DNA of 61,030 nt, filler included, from an uncultured bacterium (GCA_964637655.1; 3 parts of 3 records of this genome joined end to end with filler, not necessarily neighbours in it), one strand, 5' to 3'; shown: positions 47,050 to 57,684, counted from the first letter of the whole stretch. A program made the numbers and translations. Notes: a model not told the origin generated them from the letters alone.

Positions 47050-50000
47050 GTGAAACCCGTCGCGAAGAAGAAAACAGCGAAAAAAAAACGTGTGCGGTCG
47101 CGTGCGTCTGCGCGGGCCGTGACATCGCGCACGGCAGCAGCAACACCCGACGCTGCGGCACTGATTGCGCTGTTCCGCACCCTGCGCGACAACTGTCCTG
47201 ACGCCATTATCTGGGCGGACGGGAAAACCGGAAAACTGATCGAAGCGAACCGCGCGGCGGTGCGCCTGACGGGCTATGCGCGCGCGCGGCTGCTGACCAT
47301 GCATCAGGCGGAACTGCATCCGCCGGCGGATGCGGCAAAGTACCGGCGGATTTTTCGTGCGGCGCTGCGGCAGCGGCAGGCGCTGCAGGAAGTGATTATC
47401 CGGCGCGCCAACGGCAGCGACGTGCCGGTGAGCGTGAGCACCACGCTGGCCCGGCATGGCAGCCAGGTCATCGTCCAGGGGATATTCCGCGACATCAGTG
47501 AGCGCGTCACTGCGCAGCAGGCGCTGGCGCAGGCGGAAGAACGGTTCCGCATCACCATGGAAGGGGTGCGTGACGGGCTCTGGGACTGGGACTACGCCAC
47601 GGGGGCCGCTTACTTTTCGCCCGGCTATTACACCATGCTCGGTTACCGGCCGAACGCGTTTCCCGCGTCGGTGCGCGAGTGGGAAAAGCGCATCCACCCC
47701 GACGACCGCGCGGCGACGCGCGCCACGCTGCAGCGTTTTCTCAAGGAGCGCGGACGCTATTTCAGCATGGAATTCCGCATGCGTACCGCGACGGGCGGGT
47801 GGCGCTGGGTGCTCGGGCGCGGCACGGTGGTGCAGCGCGCGGCGGACGGCAGCCCGCAGCGTTTGACCGGCACGCACGTCGATATCACGGTGCTCAAGGA
47901 AGCGGTGGCGGCGGCGCAGGAGGCGCGCACCTTCGCGGAGAACCTGACGGCCACCATCTCAGTCGGGGTGTTTGTTATCGATGCCCGCGGCAGGATCCGC
48001 TCGGCCAATGCCGCGCTCGGGGCACTGCTCGGCCGTCCGCCCGCGCGCCTGGTCGGACGCGAGTACCTGCCGTATGTCGCGCCCGAGGCGCGGACGCGCC
48101 TGCGCGCCACGTTCGCCCGGGCGCTGCGCGGGGAGAACGTCACCGAGGAATTCCCCGCGCTGCATGCTGACGGGACACGCCGCTGGGTGCTCGCCTCGGC
48201 GACGCCGCTGCGCGGCAGCGACGGGACGATGCGCATCATCGGCAGCGCGCTCGACCTTACCGCGCGGCGGCAGCACGAGGAGGAGTTGACACGCAGCCGC
48301 GCGGAGTTCGCCGCCATCTTCACCCATACCCCGGTACCGGTGCTGATGTTCGACACGGCACTGCGCGTGACCCAGTACAACCGTGCCGCGTCACAGTTTG
48401 CCGGGGGCGGGACGCCGCCGGCGAGTGCGGGCGCCGCGCTCGACTGCCTCAACCATCTCGCGGGCTGCGGCAGTGCCCCGGGCTGCGCGCGCTGCGGGCT
48501 GCGGGCCACGCTCAACCGCACCCTGCGCACCGGGCAGCCGGCCAACCGCTATGAGGCGGCGGTATCGATCCGGCGTGACGGGGGGACGGTGGCGGCCACG
48601 GTACTGGTCTCGACCGTGGCAGTGGGCTCCGACCGCGGGCGTCACGTGCTGGCCGCCATCGAGGATATCACCGACCGGCGCGACCTCGAACTGCGCCTGC
48701 GCGAGCAGGAACAGCAGTTCCGTTCGCTGGCGGACAACCTCCCTGACATCATCCTGCGCTACGACCACCATCTCTGCCACCGCTATGCCAACCGCCAGGT
48801 GGAGATGCTCACCGGGCAGCCCGCGGCCTCCTATCCCGGCCGCCCGCTGCACGCGGCGGGACTGCCGGCGGCCTTTCACCCGGCCTGGGACGAGGCGCTG
48901 CAGGGGGTGCTGCGCCACGGGCAGGAGCGGACACTGCGCCTGACCCTCGACCCGCCGCTGCGCGGCACGCGCGATCTCGAGGCACGCCTGCTGCCGGAAT
49001 TCGGCGGCGACGGCATGGTGGCCGGGGTGCTCTGCCTGATCCGCGATATCACCGGGCAGCAGTCGGCCCAGGAGCGGCTGCGCACCTACGCCCGCCTGCA
49101 GACGATCATCAGCGAAATCTCCTCGGAATTCGTCCGGGTCACCGGGGACGAGGTGGATGCGGGCATCCTGCGCGCGCTGGCTTCGCTCGGGCGTTTTGCC
49201 AATGCCGACCGGGCCACGCTCTTCCGCTTCAACCCCGAGGGAACGCGCATGCACAACACGCATGAGTGGTGCGCTCCGGGCGTCCGCTCGCACCGCGACG
49301 AGCAGCACGACCTGCCGTGCAACGACCTGCCGTGGTGGAGCGCGCAACTCCGCGCGCAGCAGGTCATCAACCTGCCCGCGCTCGCCCTGCTGCCGGAACA
49401 GGCGGCGACGGAGAAGGCAGTGCTCGCGTATCGCGGGGTCTGCTCGCTGCTGGCCGTGCCGCTGGTGGCAGGCAACGAGGTGCGCGGCTGGATCGGTTTT
49501 GACGCCGAACGGGCATCGCAGTCGTGGCCTGACGAGGTCGTCTCGCTGCTGCGCGTCGCCGGGCAGGTGCTGTTCGAGGCGCTCGAACGGCGGCGGCTGG
49601 ACGGGGTGCTGCAGACCTACGCCACCGACCTCGAGCAGATGGTCAAGGAGAAGAGCGCGCAGCTGACGGCGCAGTCGCGCATCGCGCAGCTCGGACTGCT
49701 CGCGGGTGGTATTGCGCACGACATCAACAATCCGCTCAGTGTCGTGCGCGGCAATGTCGAGGCGCTCGAAGCGCTGCTCCCCGCACTGCAGGCGGAGCTG
49801 CCCCCCGCGGCGGCGGAACTGGCCGGCGAGTATCCCGCGGCGCTGGCCGCGGCGCGCGAAGGGTGCGAGCGCATCTTCGAGACGGTCAACCGCCTCCGGG
49901 TTTTTGCCCGCCCGCGTGACGACAGTTTCGCCGTCTTCGATCTGTACGAGGCGCTGCGCACCGCCATCATCGTTACGCGCGACCGCTGGAAGCACAAATG

Positions 50001-50409
50001 CGCCTATATCACGCAGGAATTCACCGCCCCGCTGCCGCAATGGGTGCGCGGCAACGAGAATGATCTCGCGCATGTCTTCGCCAACCTGCTGGTCAATGCG
50101 ACCCAGGCGGTGCGCGCGGGCGGTCGCATCGCGATGACGGTGACCACGCCGGCACTGCGCCGGGTCTGCGTGCGCATCAGCGATGACGGCTGCGGTATCT
50201 CCGCCGCAGTGCTGCAGCGGCTCGGGCATGAGGTCGTGACCACCAAGAGCGCGGCGGACGGCACGGGACTCGGTCTGAAGATGGCCTATGACATTGTCGC
50301 GCAGCATCGCGGGGTTATCTGGGTCGAGAGTGAGGAAGGGCAGGGGACGTCGGTGTTCGTCACCCTGCCGCTGAGCGGCGAAGGAGGAGCAGGCGATGGA
50401 ACTGACTGA
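47050..50409 (+). CDS. Multi-PAS/GAF soluble histidine kinase
   Basis: About 5 PAS domains, GAF (NTHEWC), AHDINNPL, NLLVNA, DDGCGI, GTGLGL. Confidence 0.92.
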   Translation: MKPVAKKKTAKKKRVRSRASARAVTSRTAAATPDAAALIALFRTLRDNCPDAIIWADGKTGKLIEANRAAVRLTGYARARLLTMHQAELHPPADAAKYRRIFRAALRQRQALQEVIIRRANGSDVPVSVSTTLARHGSQVIVQGIFRDISERVTAQQALAQAEERFRITMEGVRDGLWDWDYATGAAYFSPGYYTMLGYRPNAFPASVREWEKRIHPDDRAATRATLQRFLKERGRYFSMEFRMRTATGGWRWVLGRGTVVQRAADGSPQRLTGTHVDITVLKEAVAAAQEARTFAENLTATISVGVFVIDARGRIRSANAALGALLGRPPARLVGREYLPYVAPEARTRLRATFARALRGENVTEEFPALHADGTRRWVLASATPLRGSDGTMRIIGSALDLTARRQHEEELTRSRAEFAAIFTHTPVPVLMFDTALRVTQYNRAASQFAGGGTPPASAGAALDCLNHLAGCGSAPGCARCGLRATLNRTLRTGQPANRYEAAVSIRRDGGTVAATVLVSTVAVGSDRGRHVLAAIEDITDRRDLELRLREQEQQFRSLADNLPDIILRYDHHLCHRYANRQVEMLTGQPAASYPGRPLHAAGLPAAFHPAWDEALQGVLRHGQERTLRLTLDPPLRGTRDLEARLLPEFGGDGMVAGVLCLIRDITGQQSAQERLRTYARLQTIISEISSEFVRVTGDEVDAGILRALASLGRFANADRATLFRFNPEGTRMHNTHEWCAPGVRSHRDEQHDLPCNDLPWWSAQLRAQQVINLPALALLPEQAATEKAVLAYRGVCSLLAVPLVAGNEVRGWIGFDAERASQSWPDEVVSLLRVAGQVLFEALERRRLDGVLQTYATDLEQMVKEKSAQLTAQSRIAQLGLLAGGIAHDINNPLSVVRGNVEALEALLPALQAELPPAAAELAGEYPAALAAAREGCERIFETVNRLRVFARPRDDSFAVFDLYEALRTAIIVTRDRWKHKCAYITQEFTAPLPQWVRGNENDLAHVFANLLVNATQAVRAGGRIAMTVTTPALRRVCVRISDDGCGISAAVLQRLGHEVVTTKSAADGTGLGLKMAYDIVAQHRGVIWVESEEGQGTSVFVTLPLSGEGGAGDGTD

Positions 50410-50824
50410 CGGGCTCAAGGCGCTGCTGCATGCGCGGCGTTTCCTGCTGGTGGACGACGAACCGGGCATCCTGCAGATGCTGCGCCTCAATCTCGTGAGC
50501 GTGGCGGGAGTGCCGCGCGAGCAGCTGGCGACGGCGGGGAGCGCGGAAGAGGCGCAGGCGCTGCTGGCGGACGGCCTGCAGCCCGACGTCATCATCTGCG
50601 ACCATGGCCTGCCGGGGCAGAAGGGACTTCCCTGGCTGCTGGCGCTGACGGTGCCGCCCGCGGTGCGCGTGCTCGCGACCGGGGTGGCCATGCCCGAGGA
50701 GGTGCGCGCCATCGAGGAACAGTGCACCGCGGCGGGCATACTGCTCTACTTCAAGCCGTTCCGGGTCGGTCCGCTGCTCGCCGATATCGCGCGCCGCCTG
50801 CCGCCCGCCGGTGGCGCGGCATGA
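50396..50824 (+). CDS. Single-domain response regulator
   Basis: LLVDDE, IICDHGLPG, ATG, FKPF. Confidence 0.85.
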   Translation: MELTDGLKALLHARRFLLVDDEPGILQMLRLNLVSVAGVPREQLATAGSAEEAQALLADGLQPDVIICDHGLPGQKGLPWLLALTVPPAVRVLATGVAMPEEVRAIEEQCTAAGILLYFKPFRVGPLLADIARRLPPAGGAA

Positions 50825-52722
50825 ACGCCGCCCTCGACCTGGCCGGCACCGTCGGCCGGCAGCTGGTCGAGCACCTGCTGGCCCGTTCGCCCGAGCTGTT
50901 CATTGTGCTCGACGCGCAGGGGCGCGTGCAACTGGTCAATCGCACGCTGTGCGCTTTGCTGGAGTGGGAGCAGGAGGAACTGACCGGCAGCGACTGGTTT
51001 ACCTGCTGCATTCCCGCGGAGGAACGTGACGCGGTGCGTGCGGTCTTCGCCCGCATCGTCAACGGTGACGGTGAGCTGCCCGCCGTGCATGAGAACACCA
51101 TCGTCACCCGCCATGGGGCGCGGCGCACCGTGCGCTGGCACAACAACTACCTGCGTGCTGCGACCGGCGCGGTGGCCGGGTGTATCAGCGTCGGGGAGGA
51201 TCTGACCGCGGAACGCACCACCGCGACAGCGCACGCTGATGCCCAACGCGCGCTGCGCGCGCTGCTCGATGCCATTCCCGAAAGCGCCTTCCTCATGCGT
51301 CCCGACGGGACGCTGCTGGCAGCCAATGCCACCGCCGCGCAGCGGCTCAACCTCACCCCGGCAGCGCTGGCGGGACGCAACATGTTAGAGGTTATCCCGG
51401 CGGAGGTGGCGGCGGCCCGCCGGGCGCGCCTGGCGGAAGCGGTGCGCGAACGGCGGCAGGTGCGGTTTACCGACCGCCGCTTCGGGCGCACGCTCGACAA
51501 CATCATCAACCCGGTGGTCACGGCTGACGGGACGGTCGAGTCGGTGGCGGTCTTCGCCCTGGATATCACCGAACGGCAGGAACTGATCGATTCGCTGCGC
51601 CAGTTCCGCGCGCTGGCGCGCAGCGCCAACTTCGGCACGGCGCTGCTCGATGTCGACGGGCGCTTTACCTGGGTCAATGCCTGCTTCGCCTTTATGCTCG
51701 GGCATGCGCCTGACGCCCTGCTCGGCGAAGACCTGACGCGCGTCTGCTGCGACCAGCAACAGGCGCTGGGACTGCTGCGCAGCGCCAGCGAAGGGGGCTT
51801 CGAGCCGCGCGAGGTGCGCCTGTGCCATTACGACGGGCAGCAGGTGCCGCTGCTGCTCAGCGCGGTGACGGTCAAACTTGAAAACCGGGCGACCTTCATC
51901 GGGCTGACTGCCGTCGACCTCAGCACGCGTCTGGCCATGGAACGCGAACTGCAGGCCAGCGGGCAGCGGCATCGCGCACTGGCGGAAGACCTGGCACGGG
52001 CCAACGAACTGCTGCGCGCGGCGGACCGCCAGAAGGACCACATCCTCTCGGTCGTCTCGCATGAACTCCGTTCGCCCGTCACCATTATTCGCGGTATGGC
52101 CGACCTGCTGCGGATGGGCAACAATGGCGAACCGCTCAGCGAACGCCAGCAGGAATATGCGCAGGCGATTATCAGCGGCAGCGACCGCCTCAGCGCGCTG
52201 ATCAACAACCTGCTCGACCTCGCCAAACTCGAGGCCTGCTCAGCGGCGACGCTGGCACTGGCCCCGGTCGACCTGCTGGCGCTGGCCACAGAACAGGGCG
52301 CGGCGGCCGTCATCCTCGGAGGCGCGCGCCGGGTGACCTGCCGGGTTGACGGGCAGCCGCTGACCGTGACAGGCGATCGTACGCTCCTCGCGCAGGCGCT
52401 GCTCAACCTGCTGAGCAACGCGGTCAAATTCTCGCCGCCACAGGGGGAAGTGGTGCTCACCGTGACGGCTGACGGGGAACGCGCGCTGCTCACCGTCACC
52501 GACCGCGGGCCCGGGGTGCCGCCCGATGCACGCGAACGCATCTTCGACAAGTTCGCGCAGGCAGCACGTCCGCAATCGGGGGAAAAGGGGACGGGTCTCG
52601 GGCTCGCCATCGTCCGTGAAATCGTGCTGCTGCACGACGGCAGCATCACGGTCGACGATGCCCCCGGCGGTGGCGCGGTGTTCGTGCTCGCCCTGCCGCG
52701 CGGCGGGCCTGCCGGGCAATGA
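50821..52722 (+). CDS. Triple-PAS histidine kinase
   Basis: SHELRSP, NLLSNAVKF, DRGPG, GTGLGL. Confidence 0.9.
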   Translation: MNAALDLAGTVGRQLVEHLLARSPELFIVLDAQGRVQLVNRTLCALLEWEQEELTGSDWFTCCIPAEERDAVRAVFARIVNGDGELPAVHENTIVTRHGARRTVRWHNNYLRAATGAVAGCISVGEDLTAERTTATAHADAQRALRALLDAIPESAFLMRPDGTLLAANATAAQRLNLTPAALAGRNMLEVIPAEVAAARRARLAEAVRERRQVRFTDRRFGRTLDNIINPVVTADGTVESVAVFALDITERQELIDSLRQFRALARSANFGTALLDVDGRFTWVNACFAFMLGHAPDALLGEDLTRVCCDQQQALGLLRSASEGGFEPREVRLCHYDGQQVPLLLSAVTVKLENRATFIGLTAVDLSTRLAMERELQASGQRHRALAEDLARANELLRAADRQKDHILSVVSHELRSPVTIIRGMADLLRMGNNGEPLSERQQEYAQAIISGSDRLSALINNLLDLAKLEACSAATLALAPVDLLALATEQGAAAVILGGARRVTCRVDGQPLTVTGDRTLLAQALLNLLSNAVKFSPPQGEVVLTVTADGERALLTVTDRGPGVPPDARERIFDKFAQAARPQSGEKGTGLGLAIVREIVLLHDGSITVDDAPGGGAVFVLALPRGGPAGQ

Positions 52723-53993
52723 CCGACGCGCGCAGCGCGCTGGCGCGGCTGCCGCTGCTGCTGGTGACTGCCGATGACGGCCTCGCGACCCACGTGCGTG
52801 CGTTGCTGGCGTCGTGCGGACAGCGGGACCTCACGGTCTGCGCTGACGATGCCGGGGCCACCGGGGCGCTCAGCGAACAGACCTTTGCGGTGCTGCTGCT
52901 CGATACCCGCGGCCCGCTGCGCGCCGGGACGCTCATCCCCGTCATCAACACCAGCACGACCCAGCCCTACCTGCCGATCATCGCTTTTGCCGCGGATGCC
53001 GCGGGTACGGCAGCGGCGTTCGACGATGGCGCGGACGATGTGCTTGTGCTGCCGCTCGATGATGACGAGTTCCTGCGCCGGTTGCGCGTCGCCTGCCGCC
53101 ACCACACCCTGCAGGCGGCGGCCTTCGAGCAGTACCGCGCCGCGGATTCGCTGTCGGAGAACATCATTGCCACCTCGCTCGAACTGCTGCAGGAGCGGGA
53201 ATCGAGCACCGCGGCGCAGGAACGCCTGCGCCAGCAGATCCAGGCGAAGACCGACCAGTTGCTGCATGCGGAACGCCTCGCCACGATCGGCACCATGGCG
53301 GCGCAGATCCTGCACGAATGTAATAATCCCGTCGCCGTCATCAAGGGGAGCGCGGAATTCCAGCGCACCTACCTGCCGCAGGCGCGCGCCCGCTGCAGCA
53401 CCGCCATCGCCGCTGACACCACGCTCAAGCCGCTGTTTGCCGAACTCGAAGGCAGCGCGGCCGACGGACTCGAAGCGGTCGCGCGGCTGGAGCGATTTCT
53501 CACGTCGCTGCGCACGCTGACGCGGCGCGGGCAGGATGAACACGGGAGTGTCGATCCTGGCGAACTGGTGCGCCGCACGCTGCAACTGCTCACGCGACTG
53601 GTACCGCCCGGCGTGACGCTGCGCTGGCCCGACGCGGAAATCGCCCGCATGACGGTACGGGGCAGCGCGCCCGCGCTCATGCAGCTGCTCATCAACCTCG
53701 TGCAGAATGCCGCGCAGGCCTGCGCGGCGAATCGCGGCACTGTCACCGTGACCCGCGGACGCAGCGGCAGTCGCGCGGTGCTCACCGTGGCCGACACGGG
53801 CAGCGGCATGCCGCCCGACATGCTCGCCCGCATCTGGGAACCGTTCTACACCACCAAGCCCGAGGGGCAGGGGACGGGGCTCGGGCTGGCCATCGTCCGC
53901 GACATTGTCAAGCAGCACGACGGGGAGATCACTGTCAGCAGCGCTCCCGGTCGCGGCACGGTGTTTACTGTCTACCTTCCGCTCGCCGCCTGA
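52719..53993 (+). CDS. Receiver-like domain plus histidine kinase
   Basis: Degenerate REC (GADD), LHECNNP, NLVQNA, EPFYTTK, GTGLGL. Confidence 0.85.
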   Translation: MTDARSALARLPLLLVTADDGLATHVRALLASCGQRDLTVCADDAGATGALSEQTFAVLLLDTRGPLRAGTLIPVINTSTTQPYLPIIAFAADAAGTAAAFDDGADDVLVLPLDDDEFLRRLRVACRHHTLQAAAFEQYRAADSLSENIIATSLELLQERESSTAAQERLRQQIQAKTDQLLHAERLATIGTMAAQILHECNNPVAVIKGSAEFQRTYLPQARARCSTAIAADTTLKPLFAELEGSAADGLEAVARLERFLTSLRTLTRRGQDEHGSVDPGELVRRTLQLLTRLVPPGVTLRWPDAEIARMTVRGSAPALMQLLINLVQNAAQACAANRGTVTVTRGRSGSRAVLTVADTGSGMPPDMLARIWEPFYTTKPEGQGTGLGLAIVRDIVKQHDGEITVSSAPGRGTVFTVYLPLAA

Positions 53994-55198
53994 TGCGCAT
54001 CCTGCTCAGTTATCCCGCTGTTGCCGGCGGGCATAACGACTATTTCCTCACCGTGGTCCCCGCCGGTCTCATCAGCATCGCCGCGTCGCTGCAGCGCGAC
54101 GGGCACGAGGTGCTGCTCGCCAACGACAGTACCCGCTCATGGCGTACGGCGGTGCGTGATGCTGTCGTCTTCCGACCCGATGTCGCCGGGGTGTCACTGC
54201 TCGCGCATAACCGCACTGACGGTATCGCGTTCATACGCGCACTCAAGCGGCGACTCCCGCAGGTACTGACCGTGGCGGGCGGGCCGCACGCCGCGGCGCT
54301 GGCGGAACCACTGCTGCGTCGCGTGCCGGAACTCGATGTCGTGGTGCAGGGCGAAGGAGAGGAGGCGCTGCGCGACCTCTGCCGTCGCGTGGCGGCAGGT
54401 GAGCAGCCGCGCGGCATCATCCGCGCGCCGCGCCTGCGCGACCTCGACGCGCTGCCGCCGGCGGCGGGGTTTGCCGGGGCTATGACCGGTATCGACCCGG
54501 CGAAACAGTTCGGGGTGCTCATCACGTCACGTGGCTGCCCGGAACAGTGTGCCTACTGCTGTTCCCCGACGCTGTGGGGACGGCAGGTGCGCTTCCGGTC
54601 GCCTGATTCGCTGCTGGCGGAACTGCGTCTCGTGCGCCGCCGCTTCGGGCTGCGCGAGTTCTCCGTGCGTGACGACAATTTTCTGCTGCAGCCGCGGCGC
54701 GTGCGCGAGTTTGCGCGGGGATTGCGCGGCTGGCGCTGGAGTTGCCAGGCGCGCGCGGAATGCGTTGACGCGCGATTGCTGCGCGACCTGCAGGCGACCG
54801 GGCTCGAGCATATCCAACTCGGGCTGGAATCCGCCTCCGCGCGCGTGCTCGCCGCGCTCGGGCGGCGTGACAGCAGCGACGCGCTGCGCCGTGCCTGCGA
54901 CGCGGCGCAGCGCGCCGGAGTCGGGGTCAGTGTCTACCTGATGACGGGAACGCCGGGGGAAACGACGGCCGATATCGAGGCGACCGCAGCGCTCGTGCGC
55001 GAACTGCAGCCCGACGGCATCGTCGTCTCGCCCGTGGCATACTATCCGGGCACAACGCTCTACGCGCAGGCGAAAGCCGCGGGCGCCATCAGCGACGATG
55101 TCTGGTTCGACCGTGATGACGCAGGCATATTCGTGCGCACAGACAAAGCGGCGCGCGCGTTTCCCGCCCGCTTCCGCCGCGCCATCGCGCATGGCTGA
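53993..55198 (+). CDS. B12-binding radical SAM protein
   Basis: GGPHA, GEGE, SRGCPEQCAYC, DDNF, GLES. Confidence 0.9.
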   Translation: MRILLSYPAVAGGHNDYFLTVVPAGLISIAASLQRDGHEVLLANDSTRSWRTAVRDAVVFRPDVAGVSLLAHNRTDGIAFIRALKRRLPQVLTVAGGPHAAALAEPLLRRVPELDVVVQGEGEEALRDLCRRVAAGEQPRGIIRAPRLRDLDALPPAAGFAGAMTGIDPAKQFGVLITSRGCPEQCAYCCSPTLWGRQVRFRSPDSLLAELRLVRRRFGLREFSVRDDNFLLQPRRVREFARGLRGWRWSCQARAECVDARLLRDLQATGLEHIQLGLESASARVLAALGRRDSSDALRRACDAAQRAGVGVSVYLMTGTPGETTADIEATAALVRELQPDGIVVSPVAYYPGTTLYAQAKAAGAISDDVWFDRDDAGIFVRTDKAARAFPARFRRAIAHG

Positions 55199-55946
55199 AC
55201 TGACGGAAATCAGCGTCAAGACGGCGCTGACCAAATCGCGCATCTACGGGGTCGAGTATGTCATCAATCCCTACCTCGGGTGCAGTCATGGCTGTCGCTA
55301 CTGCTACGCCACCTTTATGCGCCAGTACGCACGCACGCATCAGCAGGCGCGCTGGGGCAGTTTTGTCGAGGTCAAGGCCAACCTGCCGCAGGTGCTGGCG
55401 CTGGAACTGGCCCGACGGAAAAAGCCGCCCGCGGCCGCGATGCTGTCGAGCGTCTGCGACCCCTACCAGCCGTGCGAGGCGCGCTACAAACTGACCCGCC
55501 AGTGTGTCGAATTGCTGCATGCGCATCGCTGGGAGGTCGGCATCCTGACCCGCTCACCATTGGTTATGCGCGATGCCCAGTTGCTGCGCGCGGCCGGGGC
55601 CAGCGTGGGCATGTCGATTCCCACTGAGGATGACCGCATCAGGAAACTGCTCGAGCCCGACGCGCCGCCCATCGGGGCGCGCCTCAAGACGCTGGAACGG
55701 CTCAAGGCGGCGGGCATCAGCACCTGGGTGTTCGTTGCGCCGATGCTGACGCAGCATCCCGACCGTCTGCATGAACTGGTGGCGCCACTGGTCGACAGCG
55801 CCATGGTCAGCCGGCTCAATTACTACGAGATGGTGGCGCCGCTGCTCAAGCGGGCCGGACTCACCGTGCTGCTTGACCGCCAACTCAGCATGGCGCATGC
55901 CGCGCGCTTGCGCGAACTGTTTGGCGAAGGTACACCGGAAGTATGA
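55191..55946 (+). CDS. Radical SAM protein, spore photoproduct lyase-like
   Basis: INPYLGCSHGCRYCYA, DPYQP. Confidence 0.85.
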   Translation: MAELTEISVKTALTKSRIYGVEYVINPYLGCSHGCRYCYATFMRQYARTHQQARWGSFVEVKANLPQVLALELARRKKPPAAAMLSSVCDPYQPCEARYKLTRQCVELLHAHRWEVGILTRSPLVMRDAQLLRAAGASVGMSIPTEDDRIRKLLEPDAPPIGARLKTLERLKAAGISTWVFVAPMLTQHPDRLHELVAPLVDSAMVSRLNYYEMVAPLLKRAGLTVLLDRQLSMAHAARLRELFGEGTPEV

Positions 55947-56719
55947 AACTGCAGGCCGGGGAAACGACGGTAACGCTGCACGGGCAGATGTGCCGGATTC
56001 GCGTCTGGCAGCGGGCGGGACGCTTGCCGCGCTTATTGTATCTGCATGGACTTGGCTGTGACGGGCAGGATGCCGAAATGCTGCTGACGCAGCCGGCCTT
56101 GGCCGGTTTTGCGGTCGGTGCACCCGATTTGCCCGGGCATGGCGGCACAAGTTTGCCTGCAGGGGTTCGCCTGACCCTTGATGATAGCGTTGAGGTTGCA
56201 CATCAGGTTGCCGGGGATGATGCTGTAGTGCTCATCGGGCACAGCATGGGCGGGACGATTGGGTTGCTGTATGCTGAACGCCACCCGGCAAAGTGTTATA
56301 TCAACCTCGAAGGAAACCTCGCTCCCGAAAACTGCCATTTTTCGCGTGAGAGCAAGAGAAGGACAGCAGAAGAGTTTGCCGGTGTGTCATTGCCGGCATA
56401 TCTGGGCAAGTTGCGGGCCAGTGGACAGGCAGTACTGCAGCGCTATGCTGAGACATTGGCGGCGGCTGAACCGCAGGCCCTGTATGACGTTGGCAGTTCC
56501 TTGGTCGACTATTCCGACAGCGGTACGCTTATCGAGCGGTTCGGACGTCTGCCAATGCCGAAACTGTACGTGCATGGCGACCGCAACCGGGGTCTGACCT
56601 ATCTGCCGGCCTTGCGCAAGGCGGGCCTGCCGGTGATAGAGATAGCCGACAGCGGCCATTTCCCGCACCTGGACAACCCCAAGGCACTGGCCAGCGCAAT
56701 AGCCGAATTCATTGCCTGA
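55943..56719 (+). CDS. Alpha/beta hydrolase
   Basis: LHGLG, DLPGHG, GHSMGG, SGHF. Confidence 0.9.
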   Translation: MKLQAGETTVTLHGQMCRIRVWQRAGRLPRLLYLHGLGCDGQDAEMLLTQPALAGFAVGAPDLPGHGGTSLPAGVRLTLDDSVEVAHQVAGDDAVVLIGHSMGGTIGLLYAERHPAKCYINLEGNLAPENCHFSRESKRRTAEEFAGVSLPAYLGKLRASGQAVLQRYAETLAAAEPQALYDVGSSLVDYSDSGTLIERFGRLPMPKLYVHGDRNRGLTYLPALRKAGLPVIEIADSGHFPHLDNPKALASAIAEFIA

Positions 56720-56765
56720 CACGCCGTCGTTTCCCGTCGCTGCCCAACCTTTCCCCCGATAATCA

Positions 56766-56793
56766 ACTACCGATAATATGTATTATGTAAAGT
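56766..56793 (+). other. dif-like XerCD recombination site
   Basis: ACTACCGATAA-TATGTA-TTATGTAAAGT, 11-6-11 architecture in a convergent intergenic region. Confidence 0.8.
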
Positions 56794-56921
56794 CGTTGAT
56801 GAAGAGGGGACGGAGATTAAGTTATTAAGTTTTGCCGGGATGTCGCACAAAGCCATGCTAAAAAACAATATATGTCGCGCTCAAACTGTTCGCGAAACGG
56901 ATAATTTTTGCCCTGTACGCG

Positions 56922-57578
56922 TTATTCGCTGATTTTAACCGGTGTCCACCCCGGGCAGGCCGCCCATATCTCTTCCACATCGGCATTATCGAGCGCGATG
57001 CATCCGAGCGTCCAGTCAGCAAAATTTCCAGAGCCGTGAATGCCGACCGCGCCCCCTAAAACCGTATCCCAGGGCGGCGTCTGGCGCGCGTTTTCCGCCC
57101 CGATTATCGCCTCGGCCGCGGGGGTGTCGATACGACCGCCGGCCAGCGCTGCGCGGGCATCAGCAGCGTTCGGATAGTTGAGCCCTAAAAACAGCCAAAA
57201 GGCCGTACTTTTTGTGCGATTACACAGGTGGTAATTGCCGACCGGCGTGCGCTGGTCGCCTTCGCGCTCTTTGTGCCCCTCAGGCGCGCCCCCCAGCCCG
57301 ATTTTGTAGCGCTTGATTTCGCGGTCGCCATCATACAGCGTCAGTTGGCGTTCGCTTTTGTCGACGACAATGCGTGCATTGCGCAATGGCAGCGTCGAGG
57401 TGTCGAGCGGCGCCTCGTGCCTGATAGTTGTCGTGATGCGCGCCGCCCCGGCCTCAGTGTCAGGCGCCCCGGCAGCATTGCCATAGCGTTGTATGGCCCA
57501 GAACGCCCATGGCCCCGCCTGCCATAGCCCATAGAGCGCGACAATCAGTATGCCATATATAATCAGCCGCTTACGCAT
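56922..57578 (-). CDS. L,D-transpeptidase (YkuD family)
   Basis: IVVDKSER, KEREGDQRTPVG, GIHG..WTLGCIA. Confidence 0.92.
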   Translation of the reverse strand: MRKRLIIYGILIVALYGLWQAGPWAFWAIQRYGNAAGAPDTEAGAARITTTIRHEAPLDTSTLPLRNARIVVDKSERQLTLYDGDREIKRYKIGLGGAPEGHKEREGDQRTPVGNYHLCNRTKSTAFWLFLGLNYPNAADARAALAGGRIDTPAAEAIIGAENARQTPPWDTVLGGAVGIHGSGNFADWTLGCIALDNADVEEIWAACPGWTPVKISE

Positions 57579-57586
57579 GACGGCCG

Positions 57587-57597
57587 ACTTTACATAA
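57587..57597 (-). other. Second XerD arm, inverted, with degenerate XerC side
   Basis: ACTTTACATAA is the exact reverse complement of 56783-56793. Confidence 0.55.
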
Positions 57598-57684
57598 CAT
57601 CGCGCGCGGGTCGGTTAGCAAAAAGGGCATTCGTGATGCGTTGCACCGACGTTTTCCGACGGCTACTCACGGCTCGCGGATGTC

